A stretch of 64,000 nt of DNA, taken from positions 11,536-75,535 of the forward strand of contig JARKPO010000064.1 of the NCBI GenBank assembly GCA_029975215.1, read 5' to 3'. The stretch comes from Levilinea sp. (GTDB lineage: Bacteria; Chloroflexota; Anaerolineae; Anaerolineales; Anaerolineaceae). Shown one piece after another: positions 1 to 8,200 of this stretch. The translations under genes were made by a program, and so were the position numbers. Every line of letters begins with the position of its first letter. The first letter of the stretch is position 1. The notes under the pieces are model-generated. The model searched no databases, had not been told where the DNA came from, and worked only from the letters and a program-made list of their open reading frames with translations.

Positions 1-608
1 ATCTCCAGCGAACGCCCGCGCTGGCTGAAGCCCAGCACGGGGTCGGCGGCGATATCGCTTTGGAAGCGCACGCAGCGCGCACATTGGATGCAGCGCTCGC
101 GGTCGAGGAAGATCAGCTCGCCCAGGGGCACATGCTTCTGCTGGCGCATTTTTTCGTCAAAGAGGAAGCGGCTTTCGCCGGGGCCGTGGGCCAGGGTCAG
201 GTTTTGCAGCGGACATTCGCCGCCCTTGTCGCAGATGGGGCAGTCCAGGGGGTGCGAGGTGAGCAGAAATTCCAGCACCTCTTTGCGGGCCGCAGTCACC
301 TTTTGGTTTTTGGTCAGCACCACCATACCCTCCGAAACGGGGGTGGTGCAGGCCGTTTCCAGCTTGGGGGCAAACTGGATGCGGGGCTTGCCATCTGGCT
401 CCAGCACCGGCTGTCCACTGGCGCGGTCAATCACCGGGCGGCCAATTTCCACCAGGCACATGCGGCACATACCCACCGGTTCCATCTTGGGGTGGTAGCA
501 GAACACGGGGATGTCGTTGCCAATCTTCTTGGCCGCATCCACCACCAGCGTTCCGGCGGGGACGGTTACGGTCTGATCATCTATGGTGAGCGTTACCATT
601 TTCGCCAT
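1..608 (-). CDS. nuoG: NADH-quinone oxidoreductase subunit G, N-terminal part (runs off window edge)
   Basis: Not in ORF track. Minus-strand translation from ATG 608 gives MAKMVTLTIDDQTVTVPAGTLVVDAAKKIGNDIPVFCYHPKMEPVGMCRMCLVE...HPLDCPICDKGGECPLQ...RERCIQCARCVRF. AAGGAG RBS upstream; directly downstream of nuoF. Confidence 0.95.
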   Translation of the reverse strand, partial: MAKMVTLTIDDQTVTVPAGTLVVDAAKKIGNDIPVFCYHPKMEPVGMCRMCLVEIGRPVIDRASGQPVLEPDGKPRIQFAPKLETACTTPVSEGMVVLTKNQKVTAARKEVLEFLLTSHPLDCPICDKGGECPLQNLTLAHGPGESRFLFDEKMRQQKHVPLGELIFLDRERCIQCARCVRFQSDIAADPVLGFSQRGRSLE

Positions 609-661
609 TAATTCTCAACTCCTTCGCGCTCCGGTCAGCGCCGGCGGGCGCGCGGTGGGCT

Positions 662-1906
662 TTATTTGTGCAGAAAATCCTCGCGGAATTTCTCGATGCC
701 AGAGACGACCGCCATGGTGGAAAATTCACCCAAGGCGCACAGGCATTTGCCTTGCATCTGGCGGGCGACCCCCGCCAGCAGGTCCACATCCTTCTCGCTG
801 CCCTGCCCCGCAGCGATGCGGGTGGCCAGGCGGTTCATCCAGAAGGTACCTTCGCGGCAGGGGGTACATTTGCCGCAGGATTCGTGCTTGAAGAAATGCA
901 CCGTCTTCTGCACCAGGTCGGCCATGTTGACGGTGTCATCCAAGATGATGACCGAGGCGGAACCCAAAGGGGCATTGAGGTTGTTCTGAGTGGATTCGTA
1001 ATCCATGGGCGTGTCCAGGGCGGCGTCATCCGCCGCCACGATGGTGGACGAAGCCCCGGCGGACATAAAAGCCTTCACCTGACCGCCGTTGGGGATGCCG
1101 CCTCCGTGCTGGAAGATCAACTCGCGGAAGGTTGTGCCCAAGGGCAGCTCGTAGTTGCCCGGCTTATTCACGCAGCCCGACAGCGAGAAGATCTTAACCC
1201 CGGGACTCTTCTCGGTGCCGAAGGAGCGGTACCAATCTGGGCCGTGTCCCACAATCAGGGGCACATTCGCCAGGGTTTCCACATTGTTAACCACCGTGGG
1301 GCTGTTGTAGAGGCCGTGGGTGGCGGGGAAGGGCGGGCGCAGCCGCGGCTGACCCAGCTTGCCTTCCAGCGATTCCAGCAGGGCGGTTTCTTCGCCGCAG
1401 ATGTAGGCCCCGGCCCCCAGGTGCGTGGCCAGGCGCAGGTGATAGGCTGTGCCGAAGAGGTTTTCGCCCAGCAGCCCAGCCTTTTCCAGCTCGGCGATGC
1501 AGCCGTCCAGTTTTTGGGCCAGCGCCCAAAATTCGCCGCGCAGGTACACGTAAGATTGGTTGGCCTGCACCGCGTAAGAAGCCAGCATCAGCCCTTCCAG
1601 GAACTGGTAGGGGTTGGATTCCAGAAGTTCGCGGTCCTTAAACGTGCCCGGTTCGGATTCATCCGCGTTGGCCACCACGTAATGCGGCCAGCGGTCGTTG
1701 GGCAGGAAGGCCCATTTCATGCCGGTGGGGAAACCCGCACCGCCGCGCCCGCGCAGGCCCGAATTCTTGACCGCCGCCAGCACATCCGCGGGGGTCATGC
1801 TGGTGACGGCTTTGCGGAAGGCCTCAAAACCGCCGTGGGCGCGGTACACGTCCAGTTGGTGCAGGTTGGGGATTTCACGGTGGCGCAGGAGGAGATATTG
1901 ACCCAT
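662..1906 (-). CDS. nuoF: NADH-quinone oxidoreductase subunit F
   Basis: GLRGRGGAGFPTG, NADESEPGTFKDR, GAGAYICGEETAL and ESCGKCTPCREG motifs. Start placed at MGQYLL (1906), just after the nuoE stop. Confidence 0.96.
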   Translation of the reverse strand: MGQYLLLRHREIPNLHQLDVYRAHGGFEAFRKAVTSMTPADVLAAVKNSGLRGRGGAGFPTGMKWAFLPNDRWPHYVVANADESEPGTFKDRELLESNPYQFLEGLMLASYAVQANQSYVYLRGEFWALAQKLDGCIAELEKAGLLGENLFGTAYHLRLATHLGAGAYICGEETALLESLEGKLGQPRLRPPFPATHGLYNSPTVVNNVETLANVPLIVGHGPDWYRSFGTEKSPGVKIFSLSGCVNKPGNYELPLGTTFRELIFQHGGGIPNGGQVKAFMSAGASSTIVAADDAALDTPMDYESTQNNLNAPLGSASVIILDDTVNMADLVQKTVHFFKHESCGKCTPCREGTFWMNRLATRIAAGQGSEKDVDLLAGVARQMQGKCLCALGEFSTMAVVSGIEKFREDFLHK

Positions 1907-1908
1907 GC

Positions 1909-2418
1909 CTAGGCCTCCTTTCCAGCCCGCGCGCGCAGCTCTTCTACCAGGGCGCGCACGGTTTCGAGGGTTTGGTCTTCGTGGTAGGTGATTTGCCCAT
2001 CCCCTTGCAATTGGAACATGGGCGCACGGTGGCAGGCCGCCAGGCATTTCACCTCTTCCAGGCTGAACATGCCGTCAGCAGTGGTCTGGCCGACTTCAAT
2101 GCCCAGGTAGGCTTTCAGTTCCTGCAAAAAGCGGTCTGCGCCGCGCAGCACGCAGGGCAAATCGGTGCATACCTGAATGCGGTAGCGACCGCCCGGCTCT
2201 TCATGGAAGAGGGTGTAAAAACCGGCCACCGAAGCCACCTCGGTGGCCGAAACTTCCACAATCTCGGCAATTTCCGCGATGGCCTGCGGGGTGATATAGT
2301 TCTTCTCGGCTTGCGCCAGGAAGAGGAGCGGCATGACCGCCGAGCGTTTGCGCTCAGCCGGGTAGCGCGCCAGGATGCGCTGGACTTCTTGGGGGTATTT
2401 GCTCAGCAGCTCGTTCAC
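1909..2418 (-). CDS. nuoE: NADH-quinone oxidoreductase subunit E
   Basis: VCTDLPC...CLAACHRAP 2Fe-2S ligands; operon position. Confidence 0.95.
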   Translation of the reverse strand: MNELLSKYPQEVQRILARYPAERKRSAVMPLLFLAQAEKNYITPQAIAEIAEIVEVSATEVASVAGFYTLFHEEPGGRYRIQVCTDLPCVLRGADRFLQELKAYLGIEVGQTTADGMFSLEEVKCLAACHRAPMFQLQGDGQITYHEDQTLETVRALVEELRARAGKEA

Positions 2419-3644
2419 CGGTCAGCATCTCCCAGAACAATATCAATGGAACCAATGATCGCCACCACATCCGCCACAAAGTGACCGCGGCTGAGCAGCG
2501 GCATGATTTGCAGGTTGGGGAAGGTGGGGGTGCGGAAATGCACCCGATAGGGCTTAGGGCCGCCGTCGCTTTCTAAGAACACGCCCAGTTCACCGCGAGG
2601 CGATTCGATGGTGGCGTACACCGACCCCTGCGGAGCCGAAAAGCCTTCGGTCCACAGCTTGAAGTGGTGGATGAGGGCTTCCATGCTGACGCCGATTTCA
2701 GAGCGCGGCGGGGGCACGTATTTGCGGTTGTTGGAACGCACCGGCCCATAGGGCAGGCGGTCTATGCCCTGCTGAATGATGCGCAGAGACTGGCGCATCT
2801 CAGCCATGCGCACCAGGTAGCGGGCGCGCACATCCCCGGCGGTCTCGGTGGGGATGTCAAAATCATAGGTCTCATAGCCGCTGTAGGGGCGGGCCTTGCG
2901 CAGGTCGTAGGCCATGCCGGTAGCACGCAGCACCGGGCCAGTGACGGCGTAGCGCAGACAGTCCTCTTTCGAGATGACCCCAATCTGGCTGGTGCGCTCC
3001 AGGAAAAGGGGGTTCTTGTTCAGCAGGCGCTCGTACTCGTCCAACCGGGCGGGCATGATGGCCAGGAAATCGCGCACGGCGGCTTCAAATTCCACCGGCA
3101 CATCCCGCCACAAACCGCCCGGCCGCACGTAGGTGGTCATCATACGCTGGCCCGCGCACATCTCAAAGATGTCCAGGATCAGCTCGCGTTCACGCATGGC
3201 ATAGAGGAAGAGGGACATGGCCCCCAGATCCAGGGCCGAGGTGCCCACCCACACCAGGTGTGAGTTGATGCGGGTCAGCTCAGCCAGGATCACGCGGATC
3301 ACCTGGGCGCGCTCCGGCACGTCCAGGTCGAGCAGCTTTTCCACCGCCAGGCTGTACACCAGGTTGTTGCCGATGGGGTTGAGGTAATCCAAACGGTCGG
3401 TCATCACCTCGGCTTGCTGGTAGTTCTTGGATTCCATGTTCTTTTCCACACCGGTGTGCAGGAATCCAATGTCGGGGATACAGCTGACCACCGTTTCGCC
3501 GTCCAGTTCCAGCAGCAAACGCAGCACGCCGTGGGTGCTGGGGTGCTGCGGGCCCATGTTGAGCAGCATGGTTTCGCCGCTGCGGGCGCGGTCGGATACC
3601 AGATGGCGGAGTTCATCCACACTGACTTCGCGGATTTCGGTCAT
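2415..3644 (-). CDS. nuoD: NADH-quinone oxidoreductase subunit D
   Basis: NMGPQHPSTHGVLRL, ESPRGELG and C-terminal DIVLGDADR. Confidence 0.97.
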   Translation of the reverse strand: MTEIREVSVDELRHLVSDRARSGETMLLNMGPQHPSTHGVLRLLLELDGETVVSCIPDIGFLHTGVEKNMESKNYQQAEVMTDRLDYLNPIGNNLVYSLAVEKLLDLDVPERAQVIRVILAELTRINSHLVWVGTSALDLGAMSLFLYAMRERELILDIFEMCAGQRMMTTYVRPGGLWRDVPVEFEAAVRDFLAIMPARLDEYERLLNKNPLFLERTSQIGVISKEDCLRYAVTGPVLRATGMAYDLRKARPYSGYETYDFDIPTETAGDVRARYLVRMAEMRQSLRIIQQGIDRLPYGPVRSNNRKYVPPPRSEIGVSMEALIHHFKLWTEGFSAPQGSVYATIESPRGELGVFLESDGGPKPYRVHFRTPTFPNLQIMPLLSRGHFVADVVAIIGSIDIVLGDADR

Positions 3645-3659
3645 GAACGCTCCTCCAGC

Positions 3660-4181
3660 CTATTCTTTGGGGTGCGGCTTGCGCAGGCTGATGTCGTCGA
3701 AACTAAAGGTAAACTGGACTTCTTCGTAACCCAGGGGGTAATCTTTGCGCAGGGGGTGGCCTACCCAGTCGTAGGCCATGATGATGCGGCGCAGGTCAGA
3801 ATGCCCTTCAAAGTGAATCCCAAACATGTCCCACACCTCGCGCTCATACCAGTTGGCGCCGGGGTACACACCCTCCAGGGTGGGCACTTTGGGCTCTGCC
3901 GCCGAAAGGGGCACGCGTACGCGCAGTAGGCCGTGGTGACTGACGGAGTTGAACTGGTAAACAACGTGGAAGCGCGGCTCCTCCTGGGGGAAGTAATCCA
4001 CCGCGGTGACATCCACCAGCATCTCAAATTGGAAGCGGTCGCGCAGGGCCTGGGCAGCGGCAGCGATCTGTTCGCGGGCGAGGATCAGGGTGTGCTCGCC
4101 GCGAAAGGTTTGCAGACTGGCGCCGAACTCGGCCTGAAGCGCATCAACAGCAGCTTGAAGATTTTCGTTCATCGGCATCAT
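3660..4181 (-). CDS. nuoC: NADH-quinone oxidoreductase subunit C
   Basis: WYEREVWDMFGIHFEGHSDLRRI...GHPLRKDYP. Exact start uncertain (4172-4181). Confidence 0.95.
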   Translation of the reverse strand: MMPMNENLQAAVDALQAEFGASLQTFRGEHTLILAREQIAAAAQALRDRFQFEMLVDVTAVDYFPQEEPRFHVVYQFNSVSHHGLLRVRVPLSAAEPKVPTLEGVYPGANWYEREVWDMFGIHFEGHSDLRRIIMAYDWVGHPLRKDYPLGYEEVQFTFSFDDISLRKPHPKE

Positions 4182-4217
4182 CCATCTTCGCTCTGGAGAA
4201 GAGTCCAGGCAGGGGTA

Positions 4218-4700
4218 TTAAGCCCAGGTTTTGAGCTTTTCTTGTTTAATTTTTTCGTGCAGGGTCATCACCCCGTGAATCAGGCCTTCGGGGCGCGGGG
4301 GGCAGCCGGCCACGTACACATCCACCGGTACAATTTCATCCACCCCTTGAACCACGGCGTAATTGTTGAACACGCCGCCGCAGGAAGCGCAGTCGCCCAT
4401 GGCAATGACCCACTTGGGCGAGGGCATCTGGTCGTAGAGCTGGCGCAGCACAGGGGCCATCTTACGGCTGACGCGCCCGGCCACAATCATCAGATCCGAT
4501 TGACGGGGGCTGGCGCGCATCAGTTCCATGCCAAAACGGCTCATATCATAGTTGGCGGCCTGTGCGGCCATCATTTCAATGGCGCAGCAGGCCAGCCCAA
4601 ACAGCATCGGCCACATCGAGTTGGTGCGAGACCAGTTGATCACATCCTCCAGGCGGGCGGTGACCACACCCAGATTTCCGGCTTTTTGCTCTATTCCCAT
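4218..4700 (-). CDS. nuoB: NADH-quinone oxidoreductase subunit B
   Basis: [35 protein letters not shown]. Start MGIEQK overlaps the end of nuoA. Confidence 0.97.
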   Translation of the reverse strand: MGIEQKAGNLGVVTARLEDVINWSRTNSMWPMLFGLACCAIEMMAAQAANYDMSRFGMELMRASPRQSDLMIVAGRVSRKMAPVLRQLYDQMPSPKWVIAMGDCASCGGVFNNYAVVQGVDEIVPVDVYVAGCPPRPEGLIHGVMTLHEKIKQEKLKTWA

Positions 4701-5047
4701 TCGAGCGCTCCTTTCTTCCACGCGTACACGTAGGCTACCTCTAAAACCAGCAGGAAGACGATCATCAGCCACAGGCCTGGCATGCCCAGGTCGCGGAAGG
4801 TGACTGCCCAGGGTAAGACAAAAATGACCTCGATATCGAACAAGATGAAGAGGACCGCCACCAGGTAGTAGCGCACAGACATGCGGCGGCGGCCGGGGCC
4901 GTAGGGAACCATGCCGGATTCATAAGGGGAGGATTTGCGTTCGGTGGGACGTTTGGGGCCGAAAATGGTCCCTAAGACGACCACCAAAACCCCGACGAAG
5001 ACCGCCAGGCCCAAGATGATAAACAGGGGGAGGTAATGTTCGATCAT
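4691..5047 (-). CDS. nuoA: NADH-quinone oxidoreductase subunit A
   Basis: [28 protein letters not shown]. Confidence 0.97.
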   Translation of the reverse strand: MIEHYLPLFIILGLAVFVGVLVVVLGTIFGPKRPTERKSSPYESGMVPYGPGRRRMSVRYYLVAVLFILFDIEVIFVLPWAVTFRDLGMPGLWLMIVFLLVLEVAYVYAWKKGALEWE

Positions 5048-5085
5048 AGGAATCCTTACCGGATAGGTCTTATTTGCGTGTAATT

Positions 5086-5123
5086 AGTATATCACATGTC
5101 CAGATTGGTGGCAATTTTCACAT
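5086..5123 (-). promoter_or_regulatory. sigma-70 promoter of the nuo operon with an overlapping Rex-like box
   Basis: Minus strand TTGCCA(5114-5109)-N17-TATACT(5091-5086). TGGTGGCAATTTTCACAT (5106-5123) resembles the Rex box TTGTGAA-N4-TTCACAA. Confidence 0.55.
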
Positions 5124-5156
5124 ACAAGGTAAATGGAATCATGAATAGATTCCACA

Positions 5157-5179
5157 GGGGCGAGGCAATGCCTCGCCCC
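5157..5179. repeat. Palindromic REP-like hairpin, possibly also a terminator
   Basis: GGGGCGAGGCA-A-TGCCTCGCCCC perfect inverted repeat downstream of the protease gene. Confidence 0.55.
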
Positions 5180-5215
5180 CGCATGTAGTATCTATCTCTG
5201 CTGCATCCTACATTT

Positions 5216-8200
5216 CTACGGCAGCACCTCGATCCAATCCAGGTTAACCTCACCGCTGACGCTTTCCAGGGTGAGGGTATGCGCACCAGCCTTGAGCAGC
5301 TTGCTGGTCCACACCAGGCCGTCCTCCTGCACCAGCGGGCTGGATTGGTTCAGGGTGGTCAGGGTCACGCCGTCCACCTTGACGCGCAGCTTGCCCAGCC
5401 CCAGGGGCAGGCGGCTGTACGCCAGGCGGATCTGGCGGCCCTCAAAATTCAACCCGGCGCTGGCGCGCGGAGCCGAAGAGGTCAGCAATACCCCGCCGTC
5501 CTCCCACAGCCCCAGGGTGGTCAGGTTCCCCAGGTCGGCTTCGTAATGGTTCTCACCCAGCGCTGCGGCGGGCGCAAACTGAAGCTGGAAGTTCAGGTTA
5601 GAACCCAGCGCGCCGGGGGCAGCGGCCACCTCGATATAATACGTGACGCGGCCGACCAGATCCACCGACAGGCGGGAGGTGTTCTCCGCGCCGCCGTTGT
5701 CATCCCAGGCCACCAGCTGCGGCGCGCTGCGCGAGCCGTACCACACCCCCAGCAGAGTATCATACTGGCTGCCCTCCGTGCTGACGGTCAGCGTGCCGTT
5801 CCGCAGCGGGGTAAAGCGGTACCAGACGCTGCGCTGGCCCTGGCCGATGCCGGGGAAGACCGGGTCGAGCAGGCTGGTGGTGGCAGCATACACATCGTCA
5901 CTGCGCTGGAAATCGGTACCCGTCAGGCTGTCGCGCACCAGGCGGCCGTAGGCGATGAGGTTGTTGGAGGCCTTGCGCGGCGTGAATTTGGTGTTGACCA
6001 CCAGATTCTGGGCGGTGTCGCTCTTGGCGGCGATCTCGACATAATAGGTTGTGCCCGGGTTCACCGTCAGGCTGACCGAAGAATTCTTCTTCTGGTTGGG
6101 GCGGTTGTCGTTCCAGGTCACCCGCGTCCATTGGTCCGCGGTGCGCGTCCACACCCCCAAAACGGTGTCGTAATCGCTGCCGAAGGTGTTCACCTTCAGC
6201 GTCCCGCTGGCAAAGGGCGTAATCTGATACCAGACGGTGCGGTAGCCCTGGAAGGGCTTTTTCGAAAGGGTGTAGACGGGGTCGCCAGGGTCAGACGTGG
6301 CAAAGTCCACCGTTTGTGTAAAGCGCGCTTCCTGGACCCCACCCGGCGTTTCCAGGATCACCGCCCCCGCGGGCGTGTCGTTGTCCGGCGGCAGCCCAAA
6401 GGTGGCCGTCACAGCGGCGTCGCTGGTCAGGGTCACCTGGAAGGGATTGCTGACCGAATTGAACGTGCCGCTCCAGCCGCCAAAGCGGTACTCCTCCGCG
6501 GGCACGGCGGTGAGGGTGAGGGTGGTGTTCTTGAGATATTTCCCCGCGATGGGGCAGTTGGGCGCGGGGCTGACCTGCACCTGGCCGCCCTCCAGCGGCT
6601 GAACGCTGGTGGTGAGGGTGTAACATTCCAGGGCCGGCCCGCTCGCGCTGAATTTCAGCGAACCGCCCAACCCGTCCGGCCCAGCTTCGCCGATGCGGAA
6701 GTAATAAGTGCTGCCGGCCGCGGCCTGGAAGGAGATGCGCGAGGTGGTGTCGCCGGTGCTGACGTTGTTATTCTCGCCGATTTTCACCAGGCTGCTGTCC
6801 TGCTGCCGGAAGAGGGTCAGGAGGGTGTTGTAATCGCTGCCGCTGGTATGGACGGTGGTGCTGCCGCTGGCATAGGCGGTGAATTTGTACCAGACCGTGG
6901 CGGACACATCCGTGTTGTCATTGGGGTCTCCCGATTCTTCACCCCCCGCTCCGTAGGTGAGTTGGTTGGCCGTGTACGGCAGGGTGGTGAAGACCGTGGC
7001 ATTGGCGGGCAGGTCGTTGGCGGGGGCCGGCAGGGGGGTGTCGTAGAAGGTGTGCAGCCACTCATCCCAGGCGGTGTTAGCAGTGAACTGCAGCACGCCG
7101 GCGGAACCGTCGTAATCGTCAGCGTACCCGGTTTCTTTGAGGGGGAAGTAGACGCTGATGCCGTGCGCCGCGGCGTATTGGGCGCGGTTGTGGAGGACGG
7201 CCGCGCTGACGGCCGTCTGCACGGCCTGGGCAGCGTTTTGCACGGCTGCATCCGTCACCTTCGCCTGCACCTGGGCAGCGAAATCGTAGAGGTCAATGAA
7301 ATCCTCCGGATCAAACTCCAGGGTGGCCAGGCGGGCTTCCAGGATCTCCCCGGCGTGGTCGGGCGCAGCCGTGATGAGCGCCTGGGCCAGATTGTGCGTG
7401 GCGGTGTTCAGGGCGGTGTAGGGCGCGCCCAAATCCACCGCCGCCTGGGTTTCGGAATTGAAGTAGGAGGCGTAGTAGCTCTCCACGATCTGGGTCCCCA
7501 GGGCGTCCGGGGTGATGGCCGGGTTGCTGACGATGGCGCTGAGAATGGGGGTGTAGGGCCAGCCGTCGCCGGGTTCGGTTTTCTCCGAGCCCACGCGCAC
7601 CGAAGCGTAAGGGATGATCTGGTTATCCACCTCGGTCATGGCCATCAGACAGGCGTCGAAGCCCAGCAGGTCAATGGGATGCCCGATTTGAGCCGCCGCG
7701 GCCGACAGCACCTGGCGCAGCTCCGGCATTTGCAGATGGTCGCCGTTGGTGGAATCGCTCAAAATGGATTTAAGGACGACTTCGGGAGAAGCCTGCAGCC
7801 AGCCGTCGCCGTGATCCCACAGCACCACGGCGTAATGTTCCGCGGGGTAATTGGTGACCGTCCAGGAGATGAAGTCAGTCAGCGCCTCAGGGCTGCCCAT
7901 GTTGACCTCGCCCAAACTGGTGCCGTTGGCAGCCAGGGGGGTCATGCTGGGGGTGACGTAGAAGCGGCGCGTGTCGGTCCAGTTGCCGTAGTTGGTTTCG
8001 TAGCCGCTGATGCGGTCCATCTGCACCACGATGTTGAGATCGGCATTGGAACCGACCGCCGACATCTCCAAAAAGTCGGCAATCGCGTAGGATTCCAGGT
8101 TGTTGTCACCGTCCAGGAAGACCATGAAGGTCCAGTCCTTGGGGGCGGCGGGTTCGGCGGTGAATTGCGCGCTCACCGTGCGCGCAGCGTTCATGGTGAC

